A stretch of DNA of 64,000 nucleotides, taken from Strigamia acuminata (taxonomy: Eukaryota). A program made the position numbers and the translations under genes. The stretch is from NCBI GenBank assembly GCA_949358305.1, contig OX442314.1, positions 11,098,001 to 11,162,000 on the forward strand, written 5' to 3'. Below are positions 13,796 to 26,200 of the stretch, in pieces; position 1 is the stretch's first letter; each line of letters begins with the position of its first letter. The notes under the pieces were generated by a model. It saw only the letters and a program-made list of their open reading frames with translations, was not told the origin of the DNA and made no database searches.

Positions 13796-14490
13796 TCATC
13801 GCTGAATTGTTATTTGTATTCAGGGATTTGAGGATGCTTAATCAAGGGACCGGAACAAATGCCGAGCTGCTTATTCAATATTAATATTAACTACAATTTG
13901 ACAATTTGATTTTTCTGAGAGCTCAAGAATGTTTTCAATTTGAGTAGATTTTTTTTTTGATTTATATATATACGTACAGTAACATTCCAGTGATTTACAA
14001 TAAACTGTTAATTTTTATACAAATAAAAAAATTTTTGTCGTCATTTGCGTTTCTTTTTGTCTGCTGTTTGGGATGAGGCAAAAATGATCATCAGTGAACC
14101 GTATTTCTTCAGGGTGAGCTTGTTTGTGATGGGAACAGGATCGAGTGATATTTTATTTTGTTTTTATTATGTAATATTTTATCTGGGATCAAATTTCTAA
14201 ACAAATAAAAATATTATGAACACTAGGCATCATGCGTGGGTTAGATTACACTCATTCATTATGTTTGCCTGGTTTTAAAATGACGGCGCACTTGGCGATG
14301 AAGTTTTCGGATTTTTTCGATTTTTATCTTTGAAATTTAATTTTCGCTCGTAATATTTATGATTTTAAAATCGGATTTTTTTTTAAAATTGTCTGCTGGA
14401 AAAACATCTTGTTGCGAAGGTTTACATTTTTGTATTGAGGCATCATGCGCGTGCTTAGATTGGATTTATTAACCATACTTGCCTGGTATC

Positions 14491-17400
14491 ATGGCGACGC
14501 ACATGGCGATGGAAGTTCGTGGATTCAAGTATCTTTTAGGTTATTTTCCAATTTCGAAGTGGAATATCTGCAATGGCCACAACATCAGGAGTTCAAACTT
14601 TCAGCATAAATATTTTTGTACATCTAGAATATTGTTAAATCAAAACAAACAGGTCGATACAGAAATATGTTTAAGTAATGGGTAAGCACATGCTGGTTGA
14701 ATTTATATATAAAATAATAATTATAATATAAAAACTAATTTAAAAAAAAAAATTTTTAGGAGGAATTTATACCTGACTTCCGGTAAATTAGCCAGATTTG
14801 CAGATGGCAGCGTCGTAGCCAGGGTAAATCTAATAAAAATGAAAACCAAAATTAAAATTAAAAACATTAATCAAATTAATTAATTAAATGTTTATATTTT
14901 CAGCAAGGTGACACATCAGTGCTAGTTACAGCTGTGAGCAAAGTTAGATCATCACCATCGTCATTTTTACCACTCACAGTATAATTTCCACTTTAAATTA
15001 AGTATTAGCAAGAAAAATAAAATGTTATTATAATTTATGTAGGTGGATTACCGACAAAAAGCTGCTGCTGCTGGTAGAATTCCAATAAATCACTTACGCA
15101 GAGAATTAGGATTGTCAGATAGAGAAATTTTAACGAGCAGAATGATCGGTAAGATGGATAATGTGTGGATCCAGAAGACGGGGTGGCCATTTTGGTCTAA
15201 AAAATAAATTTTTGGTCCAAGAAGTGAATTTTTGATCCAAAAAATGAATTTTTGGTCCAAAAAATGAATTTTTGGTCCAAAAAATGAATTTTTGGTCCAA
15301 AAAATGAATTTTTGGTCCAAAAAATGAATTTTTGGTCCAAAAAATGAATTTTTGGTCCAAAAAATGAAATTTTGGTCTTAAAAATTTCACTGCTCAAGGG
15401 GATGGACATGGCTTCCATGCCCCCTACCCCCTGGATAAACGAATCAAACACAATTTATTCCATTTTTAATTAATAAAACAAATTAATTCCAGACAGATCA
15501 CTTCGGCCGTTGTTTCCAAAAGGTTACAACTACGACACACAAGTGAGTTGATGCGAATGCACGAATAACATCGATAATTAACATTTAAAATCGCTTATTT
15601 GCAGATAATGTGCAATTTACTAGCTGTGGATGGGATTTTTGACCCGGATGTAATTTGTATCAATGCAGGTAACAACAATTAATGCTAATAAATTATTTTT
15701 GTTTAAAATAAATTAATTTTTAGCTTCGGCAACTCTTGCTTTGTCCGACATACCGTGGAATGGGCCAATCGGAGCCGTTCGTGTGGGGTTGATTGACAAC
15801 GAACTAATATTGAATCCAACACGAAGAGAATTACAGAAAAGCGCTTTGAATTTGGTCGTGGTTGGCGCCGAACATAATCTTGTCGGTAAAAACATATTTT
15901 TTTATTGCTGTATATGGAAATTTATTTTTAAAAAAAAATATTTTATTGCAATTTCAGTTATGTTAGAAGCGGCTGCTGATAATATTTTAATACAGGATTT
16001 TTTAAAAGCCATTAAAACTGGGCTCAAGGAGACGCAAATTATCATCAGGAAAATTGTCGCTTTACAGAAAACGTTGGGGGTGACGAAAAGAGAGTTTGTT
16101 TCGCCGTCACAACCGACGCCGGAGATGATGGATGCCGTGGCTTCGTAATTTAAATTGATTTGAATGTTTAAGCGAAATTTTTGTTGATTTTATTGGTTTT
16201 TGTTGCAGATTAGCTGAAACACGAATTGAGGAAGTTTTTACAAATTATGCTCATGATAAGGTTTGTGATTAAAAATAAATTGGTTTATTAATTTTAGAAA
16301 AATAATTATTATTTGATAGTTATCTAGGGATAATGCCATTGTAGCTGTACGACAGGATGTAACGAGTAAGCTGGCTGGTAATTAATGTTGAATTGAAGGA
16401 CTTTACAAACATTTTATTTATATATTTATATTTTTTTAGAATCTTTTCCAAATGATTCGCATATGCTCAATGAAATTTTTGATAAAACTACTAAGGAGTG
16501 TTTTCGGAAGTTGATAATGCAAAATAACACTAGGTAATTATTGTTTTAAGCAGATCCGGCTTGGAAAATTGCAAAGAGGAATTTTCTAGACGAAAAAATA
16601 CATTTTTAGGCACTAAATAGACGAAAAAATACATTTTTAGGGACTAAATAGACGACAAAATACATTTTTATGGACTAAATAGACGACAAAATACATTTTT
16701 ATGGACTAAATAGACGACAAAATACATTTTTAGGCACTAAATAGACGACAAAATATCGTAAACTCCCAAAATTGACTTTTTTTTAGACGAAAATACACAG
16801 ATTTTAAGCCAAAAACCGCAAAAATGAGCCCATATTATTGTATTAACGGAAGATATTTATTTTCTGTACATAGATGTGACGGTCGAGGCCTAAAAGACGT
16901 CAGGAATATTTCTTGCAGCGTCGACGTTTACAAACCGCTTCACGGATCATCTTTATTTCAAAGAGGGCAAACACAGGTTTGATCAGCGACAAATTATTCC
17001 ACCAACTGAATCAAATAAAAAAGAAATTCAATTTTATTTTAAATTTTTTCAAGGTTTTTTGCACATTAACATTCGATTCGCCAGAGTCTGCTCTCAGAAC
17101 CGATCCAATCTCGGCGATTATGGGGTATAATATTTGACCAAATTTACATTTAACGAAATATTTGATTAATTTCTCGATTTATTTCATCAGCGGAATCAAA
17201 GAAAAAAATTTCATGTTGCACTACGAATTCCCTCCGTACGCAACGAAAGAAACCGGAAGGATCGGTCCTCCCGGGAGACGAGAACTCGGCCACGGATCGT
17301 TGGCTGAAAGAGCTTTACTTCCGATAATTCCAAAGAAATCGCCGTACACGATTCGCCTCACATCCGAAGTGTTGGAATCCAACGGCTCGTCTTCCATGGC

Positions 17401-18730
17401 AACTGTTTGCGGCGGGAGTTTGGCATTAATGGATGCCGGAGTTGATGTGTCGAGCGCCGCTGCCGGTGTTGCCATCGGTTTGGTTACGACGCCCGGTGAT
17501 AATGTGACGAAGATTGGAGATTATCGGTTGTTGACTGATATTTTGGTAATGTTTTGCTTGTCGTTGATGGTTAAATGTTGATTTTGTTTTGTGTTTTGTA
17601 GGGAATTGAAGACTATTTTGGCGATATGGATTTCAAAATGGCGGGAACGAAGCAAGGAATCACGGCGCTACAAGCTGATATTAAGTTGGATGGATTGCCG
17701 ATGAAAATAGTTTCTGAAGCAGTTTCACAGGCATTTGGTATTGTTTTATTTATTTTGAAGTAAACATTTCAATTTTCTTGTTTTTCTTGAAGAAATTTCA
17801 ATTTTTTCTCGAATTTCTTTAAAAAAAACAATTTTTTTCCGTTTTTCTTGAAAAAATTTAATTTTTGGATTAAAAAAAATATTATAAAACTCAAATCATG
17901 TCTAATCACACTCAAACTAATATCAAATCCCATTGCTCCTATTTCAGAAGCCAAATCAGAAATACTTAAAATAATGCACGGCGTGATAAAATCACCTAGG
18001 AAGGACACTAAAGACAACTGGCCAGTATCAGGTACTTAATCCAACCAAAATAAAACAACAAACAAACAAATAAATCCCTTTATTTTTATCCAATAGAAAA
18101 ACTCGACGTTCCTGTCCACAAAAGGTCAAAACTAATCGGACTGGGAGGTTTCAATCTCCGCAAAATCGTCGCCGAAACCGGCGTGACAATAACCCCGCTA
18201 GACGAAACCAATTACACCATCTTTGCCCCGAGTCAAGCGGCTTTAAACGAAGCCAAAGAACTAATCGACGCCCTTTTAACTCACGAGGTAATCAATAAAA
18301 TTTATAAAAATAATAATACCAACAATTTTATTTCCTTTTTCTATTCTAGAAAGAGCCCGAATTGGAATTCGGTGCCATTTACACCGGCAAAATCGTGGAA
18401 ATAAGAGAAACCGGCGTAATGATAATTCTCCATCCAACAATGCAGCCAACATTATTGCATAATTCTCAATTAGATCAAAGAAAAGTAGTTGGAATTAATT
18501 ATTTTCGATTTTTTTTTAAATAATTTGTCGGTATTTATTTTCAGGTAAATCATCCCAGTGCTCTTGGACTCGAAGTCGGACAGGATTTAAACGTGAAATA
18601 TTTCGGAAGAGATCCAGTGAGCGGACGAATGCGTTTGTCTAGGAAAGTTCTTCAATCGGTTGGATCGTCAACTTTAAAAAATTTAAGTGAAAAGTCGAAC
18701 GTGTCACTCAACCACACGCCGAACTCATAA
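14491..18730 (+). CDS. PNPT1: Mitochondrial polyribonucleotide nucleotidyltransferase (PNPase)
   Basis: [100 protein letters not shown] and S1 domains, [14 protein letters not shown], stop at 18728-18730. Confidence 0.97.
15190..15380. repeat. 21-bp tandem repeat (TTTTTGGTCCAAAAAATGAAT) in a PNPT1 intron
   Basis: About 9 near-identical units. They generate the repetitive ORFs at 15090-15451. Confidence 0.95.
16588..16755. repeat. ~31-bp tandem repeat (TAGACGACAAAATACATTTTTATGGACTAAA) in a PNPT1 intron
   Basis: About 5 units seen directly. Confidence 0.9.
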
Positions 18731-18948
18731 ATAAATTTTATTGGGTCGTTTTGGTTATTAAAGTTGCTAATAAAATATACGAGTTTAATCATTGCGTTAA
18801 TATCTCACGTGATAACAGCGTGAAAGAAGTTACACGAACTTTAGATATAGAGATATGAACACACAAATTAAGTATTAAAAGCGTGGTGTGACAAACTGCA
18901 CTAAATCGCTTTAATTTGCAATTTAATTCGGTATTAACTTTCCGTAAG

Positions 18949-21900
18949 ATGGGTAGAAAACTCAATCAACTATTTGGGAATTTCGTAATAGTCGTTTTGT
19001 CTTGTTTGGTGAGTTTAATTGTGGTTCCAGGTCCATTTTTACCGGATATAACGCCCGAAGAATTTTCGTGAGTACTATAGACTCCATTCTCGCTTTAGTC
19101 GGGTGGTTTATCTTCTCTTGATAGGACTAATCCTCCAGTTTTGCAAGGAGATTTCGCATTGAACGACGAGTTGGACAAAACGGAGAAAATATTTGATAAT
19201 AAACTACTTCATCCCGAATGTCTAGATGAAAAAAATGGTTAAAAAGAAAATTTTTCTTCTAACATTTTAATTTTTAATTAATTAATAAATTAATTTCTCG
19301 TGTGTAGGAGCGTTTTATACTGGTTTCAGTGACGGCCGAATAGTAAAACTTCAAAATGACAACGTTGAAACTATTTTCCGATCCGGTGGAGTAAATTGCG
19401 GTAAAAAATTAATTAATTAATTAATTTCCAACATTTTTAATCGCACAAATTCGGTTGGTACAGATAAGAAAAGCGAAGGTTGCGGTCGACCGACCGGGCT
19501 CAGATTCGACCAAAATGGCGCCCTAGTTGTTGCAGATGGTTTAAAAGGACTTTACAAACTCGATGTTGAAACCGGTACAAAACAACTCATTAATTATCAT
19601 CAATCATCTCGATATTATAAGTTTTAAATAATAAAAAAACCAACAAACATAATCAATCTTCGTGCATTGTTCCCAATTGTATAGGCGCGATGACATCACT
19701 CTACTCCATTAATAATCCCATTGACGACAAGCTGTCCAAAGGTCCAAATCATCTGGACATCAGTAGTCATGGCGACATTTATTTTTCCGACGTTTCGACC
19801 AAATGGCCCTCAAGTTCATTCCCCAATGAATTCTTTGAAGTCGCCCCCAACGGCAGGTGTTTTACGCCTTAAAACATTCCCAAACGCAATTAATCCTTCA
19901 ATAAATTCAATTTCTATTGCAGAGTTTTGCATTATGACCCAAAAACCAAATCAACTCAAACATTGACTGACAATTTATACTTCCCAAATGGTGTCCAATT
20001 ATCACCACAAGAGGACTATTTACTCATTGCTCAGTCAACTAAGTACAACATACTCAAGTAGGTGGTCAAATTAACGAGTTAATTGCATCGTATTCAAGCT
20101 GTGTTTGATTTAGGTACCACCTCAAAGGCCCTAAGAAGGGTCAAACCGAGGTCTTTATTGACAACTTACCTGGGATACCTGACAACATTCACAGGACAAG
20201 CAGGGGCACTTATTGGGTAGCATTGGTGGGAGTGAGATATGCAGGAAAGCAATCTTTTCCAGAGAGATTTGGATCATACCCTTTAATTCGCAAAGTGACA
20301 GGCCGTTTTATTGCCTTGACTCATAGTGCTTTCCAGTGGATCATTCAGACTGTACAAAATAAATATTTGTACCAACTAAACACAAGGGTAAATTTTTAGA
20401 TTTAAGTAAGAAGTCAATGTGCCTATGTGCAAGTTGGGCTGATGGGCCCTTTAGCAGAACCATAGCTAGGATTTTCGGAACTTGGCGAGATACATGATCA
20501 CTATTTTCATCCCTTATGGGCCCCCTAAGCTCGTGGGCCCATGTCAATCGCTTTCGCTTCACCTCTGGGGCACTGGGATTCAGTAAATTGAACGAGTTTT
20601 ACAGCAAAGCCACCCCAATAGTCATATAAGCGTACAGTGGAGCCTCGAGATTTTGCTTCCCTCGCTTTTTACTATTGTTTCCAGCCCAAATAATAACCAT
20701 AGTGATGATTATTATTGTTGTTTACTCTAAATAAACAATAACTGCTTCAAAATTGTACTTACGAACGAGATGTTTGCGACCGATCTATCGGAAATCCAAG
20801 ATGGCTGCCAACAATGCCCGATTTGCACGAGTTTACTCGTTACACAAGGATTTAAACTACCTATTTAGGTCGTTTATTTTCAGCCCGTTTAAACCCATTT
20901 AAACGAGCTTTTAAACGAGAATCTCGTTTAAAAGTTCGTGCAAACGGGTTTAAACGATCGTTTAGGAGTTGTTTAATGCGCCTACTAGGCGCATTCGAAA
21001 AGTCATTTAAACGAGTGTAAACGTGTTTACACTCGTTTTCACACGACATTTACACGAATTAATTCGTGCAAATGTCGTGTAAACTGGTTAAACGGAAACG
21101 GCCTGTACGCCACGTTTCCGTTTAAAATCTCCGTGCAACGAGTTTTCTCGTACAAATCGGGTCTTGCTGGCAGCCATCTTGGATTTTCGTTAGATCGGTT
21201 GGAACGATGTCGATCGCAAGAACAATTTTGTAGCAGGTATTAGCCGCATTCTTGCGATCGAATGCGGCCGATGTTCGACCGCATTTGTACGATCGAATGC
21301 GGCCGACGTTCGACCGACGTTCGGCCGCATTTGTACAATCGAATGCGGCCGACGTTCGGCCGACGTTCGGCCGCGTTTGTGCGATCTAATGCGGCCGGCG
21401 TTTGTGCGATCTAATGCGGCCGGTGTTCGGCCGCATTTGTGCGATTGAGGCGAATGTTCAGCCGATTCCCGTTCTTAAATAAATATTAATGATAAAAATA
21501 ATTAAAATAAATTTACATTTTATAATCATGTTTTTATAATCTCCTGTTTTTTTTTAGAGTAAACAACAACAATAATGACTATGGTTATTATTTGGACTAA
21601 TTTAATATTTACACTTGAATTTACACTGAATTTTGCACAGAAATTTATTTTGATACTCGAAAATTGGGTCGTTTAACTTGACATTTACACTACCAGTTGC
21701 ACTGGTCGTTTAGTGCAAATTAGTTTTCGAATGCGCCTACTGTTTATACAAACGATCGGTTATCGAAACAGCAGTAAGTGCTTTTTTATCAATTTTTTAG
21801 TGATTTTTATCGATTTTTATCGATTTTTTAGGGATTTTTATCGATTTTTTAAGTGATTTACCGGTATATCAATTTTTATAGTCATTTTTAAAAATTCGTT

Positions 21901-22360
21901 ACAACAAAAATTCGTTATATCGGGTTTGTAATTACGAGATTTGACTGTATTGGCCTTTTTATAGTTCCACTACTGTCTTAATCTCCAACAATAAAAACAC
22001 TGGTTGGACCTTGCTGTAACAGTTTAGCCCAATATGGTGGGACCTTGTTTTGACCACATTTGGTGTACATAATATTTTTTTGTGCTATTTTGTCCCCATT
22101 AAGCGATTGCTGAGGCCACAAGACCACACACAACTGAACTTCACCTATTTTTATTCCAGTTTCAATCTTTTAAACTCGATCTACTACTTGGTCCACACCA
22201 TGGCATTGTCTTTGAAATCGACCAAACAGGCAAAATCATCAAATCCCTCCAATCACCATCAGGCCACATCCACCACATCAGCCATGTGCTTGAGCATCAG
22301 GACCACCTGTACCTCCAATCTCCATTCAACTTATACATAGGCAAAATGAAAATAAAATAA
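18949..22360 (+). CDS. APMAP/hemomucin (strictosidine-synthase-like) paralog 1
   Basis: N-terminal hydrophobic anchor, HPECL, FYTGFSDGRIV, CGRPTGLRFD, GPNHLDI, IYFSDVSTKW, LYFPNGVQLS, NLPGIPDNIHRTSRGTYWV, IIKSLQSP. Confidence 0.92.
20635..21947. mobile_element. Composite non-autonomous DNA-transposon nest in the last intron of paralog 1
   Basis: Outer TA-CAGTGGAGCCTCG...CGAGATTTGACTG-TA ends (pogo/Tigger-like). Internal inverted pairs at 20686/21595 and 20742/21236. GGCGCATTCGAAA...TTTCGAATGCGCC pair at 20988/21737. Palindromic tandem repeat at 21255-21450. Confidence 0.75.
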
Positions 22361-22605
22361 CTAAATAAACAAATAAAAACTAAAACCAATAAACACCAAC
22401 TGGAATATGTATTGATAAATCTAAAAATAAAGAGATAAAGAAACCATAAAATAATAATAATAATTTCTTTTCCTCAATTGATCATCCATCTAATCCCACC
22501 CTATTCCATTGCATTTCTATTCACAAAATATCCTGGTTCCAGAAGAGGGCGCACAGTCAGATTTAAAGTGATATCAAATTAGTACTCGCCTCAGCTATCA
22601 CCAGA

Positions 22606-22811
22606 ATGAGTTCAGAGACGAATAAGGCTGAACCGGAGCAGAAAACCAAGGATAAGTCAACGACTGAACCCGAGCCCAAAACAGTCTTGTCTTGGTTTAA
22701 GCCTGTCTATCTTTTAATCCCGATTTTTGTTCTACCGCCAATTGCAATCGCAATACTCACCTACGTGCCTTTCTATCCGGACGTTGAGCCGCAGCCCTTC
22801 AGGTAAATAAA

Positions 22812-22851
<40 letters not shown>

Positions 22852-23203
22852 AACGGAAACTTTTTAATGATTCTTTTGAAGACCACCGAGCTCACCGGAG
22901 TTCGTGGGTGCGTTGAAGCCGAACAGTGACCTCAACAGTGCGGAATTGTTATTTGACGACCTCGTTGGAGCAGAGTCCATTGTGTTCATTAAGGGTAAGA
23001 TCTAAGATTACAGATTACAGATATCGAATTAAAGTTACGAATCATTTGTCAATTTTGGAAATATTTTTAAATAAAATCAACTGGTACTTAAACAGACCAC
23101 TAAAATAAATAAACCAAAACCAACCCTAAAAAAAAGCAAGTAACACAAAGTAAGGGGTAATAAATCCCTTCATGCCAAATATATCAACATATCATGACGC
23201 ACG

Positions 23204-23248
<45 letters not shown>

Positions 23249-26200
23249 TAGAAAAGTATTTAATTTAATATACAATCTGTAAAACTTTCTAAAGTCTCTC
23301 CGCCCCCCAAACGGTTGCATCAATTTTTCAAAGGATTGAAAGGAACTTTCCTTTATTTTTGCCATCTGTTTATTAGATTTATTCATAGCGGAAAAACTAA
23401 TTTCTGTACCATTTTACGGTTGTTAATCATTAAATGTCATATTTACATTGAAATGCATGACAGCATAACCTTGCATTTGAGGAAGAAAAAATTAGTTAAA
23501 CGCAACGCAGAGTCTGTTCACACTATCGTAGACATGTGCGTTATTATTTTCGTGCGAGACTTTATTTCGCAACAACGCTGAACAACATGACAACGCCAAA
23601 AAAACGCGATACCGCGCTAACAAAAAAAAACTGCCAAATGCCGCAAATACTGCTCACGTTCCGAAAGATAGCAATAACTCCAGCCAGAAACCATCGTTTT
23701 TGGTGTTATTGCTGCGTTATTGCGTTGTTCGGCGTTGTTGCGTTATGTCGGAATAACGCAATGCGTTATTCCGGCAATAATACGTTGCGTTATTGTCAAA
23801 AAATAACTTTGGGCGTTATTTTGGCAACGCACACAGACCTAGTTCACACTGCACGTGTGAACAGAGCTGAAACAATTGATGTTGAATCTGGCCAATCAGA
23901 TGGTTTCAATGAAACCTGGAATTGGATCTAGTTCCAGAACTAGTTCCAGAATCCAAAAATGTCGGCCTGTTTCCATGTGGCAAAGTCTCGCCAACCAGAC
24001 GTGAATCGACGAGAGTTGGAGTCGATCGTGACTGGTTGGCCGCAAGACCTTTCCTTGCGTTACGTCGCTTACTTCTACTTGGAGTTGAAGCAGGAAATGG
24101 CGGCAACGTCAAGAATTTTTGAACGCAAGCAGCTTGCGTTGCGTCAGTTTTCCTGCGTTGCATCTAGTGTGAACACAAATGTGAACCTAGCTTAACCCTC
24201 AGATGGGCAACAATGTACCAATTTTGGGACAACACTCTTCTTGAATAGGAAAACTTTTTTTTGGTTTAATATAATTTTCTGAAAATTTCTGATTTTGTTC
24301 ACACAACGATAATGTTTGTTTCCAAAAAAATTTGGAGTGTTCTGTACATTATTTATTTATTTATTCATCTTTGAAAATTCTGCCCCTTAGAATTTCCAGC
24401 TTAAATTTAAGTTGGCTTCTCCCAATCTTCTAAAAGCGCTTCTACTTAGTGCTTCCAATTTTTATCAGCAGACACCATATGGCGCTAGTAGTCCAACACA
24501 TGTAGTTACGGTTATGACGGTTCCATTTCTGGCTAAAATATACATTTAAAGTTAATTTTTTTTGGATAAATTTAACTTTTCCAGTTAAAATTAAATTTTT
24601 TAAGATAAATTAAACTTTTTCACTTCAAATTAATTTTCTTGGCTCAACAACAGTAGCGCCAAGTGCGACAATTTTTCGCACTATCCTAACAGCGCTTAAG
24701 CTAACGGCCTTCCGGATTTAATTATTTTGTCCCAAATTTGGTGCATTATGGCACCAAAGTGTCGTCTTTGGAGGGTGACCATCTGAGGGTTAAAGGCATG
24801 ATTGAGTGGTGCAACAGCACATCGCGCCAAAACTTCAAATTAAACGACTAACTGAAAGGTCGCATAAAAAGACCGATCTCAATTTTTGTGCATTCAAACC
24901 AAAATACGACTGAGTGAACAAAAAACCACACTGGACACTGGTTGACTTGGACCCGCTGTTTCCAAACATTTCTGTTGAACCTTGTAGTGAGGTGATTGCC
25001 AAAATCCAATCAAATTGCTGTCTTCAGGATCCCTGGGAGCAAGTTCAGGCCTTGGTAAATGGGCAAACCGGCTAAAAATCGACTGATGTCAAAAACATTT
25101 GCTGCTCCTATTGCAAAAAATTAGTTTTTGTGACATGAACGTGGAGTAAATAACTGGACATTTTGGAAATTTGAATATGACTATTTTATTTTAAGCAAAT
25201 TACATAGGTGGCACTACTAGAGTAAGGCCATGGGCAGTCGGCCTTGCAGAGGATTAGCCATATGTTCAACTTGCCCCCTGAAATCTTTCATTTGATTGAT
25301 ATATTTTTTGTTTCTAGGATATTTATACACAGGATTATTAAATGGCAAAATCATCAAGATCAAGGATGAATCGATGGAAACGTTTGTTGATTGTGGTAAT
25401 TTTTATAAAAGAAAATTTTGTATTTTTTTTTTACATTTATAATTTATTTAGATGAAAAGAAAGATGATGATTGTGGACGTCCATTGGGTCTACGAACAGA
25501 TGCAGAGTCTAAAACTCTATATGTTGCAGATTGCTTCAAAGGTCTCTACAAACTGGACCTCGCCTCAAGTAATTTCTCTTTTTTTTCTTCCGCTTTATTG
25601 AAATTTTAGAATTTTTTTTTTTACATTTGCACCAGAAAATGTTACCATCCTCCACTCAGCAATGACTTCTATTGCTGGTCAACCGAGCGGACTGATTGAC
25701 GACCTGGCACTGACAAAGGAGGGCGATATTTATTTCACAGACGCAAGCTCTAAATGGGGTTTCGGACAAATGCATTTGGATTTTGCTGAATCTGCAGCAA
25801 ATGGAAGGTACCAACATTCTCAGCCTCAATAATTCAGTGTTAGACTTGGCTTGCCAGGGTTTGAATCACGCTGTAACAACAAACAAGTCACTGACTCATT
25901 GAAGCAAAGGAAAGCTACTTTTGCATAATGTATACTCTAGTTGCAGTCAAAAAGGCACTTTACAAGATGTCGTCCCATTGGTCGAGCCAGTTTACTGGTG
26001 TAGTTATCCGGAAAAGTAGACCCAAACACAAGAATTGCATTACAATGTACAGACATTGTAATCGATTGCTTAGGCAACGGCCAAAAATTCAAAATTCCAG
26101 ACGAAGGAACCAATAAACATAACAAACATGAGTTTGACATTTTTATATGCGTAAAACTTTATTTCAATGATGGAAATAACATTTTATATTAAGAAAAATC

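Noticed and set aside
14061..14150. Possible C/D snoRNA between C14orf119-like and PNPT1
   Set aside because: No canonical ATGATGA/CTGA pair or recognisable rRNA guide.
14476..14490. ATACTTGCCTGG resembles the U1 snRNA 5' end
   Set aside because: Mismatch in the core, and the following sequence is the PNPT1 start with no U1 stems or Sm site.
15090..15451. Repetitive ORFs here and at 32185-32694, 40539-41479 and 45650-46220
   Set aside because: Translations of tandem or subterminal DNA repeats.
21255..21450. Palindromic repeats resembling a CRISPR or REP array
   Set aside because: No unique spacers. They are internal repeats of a MITE nest.
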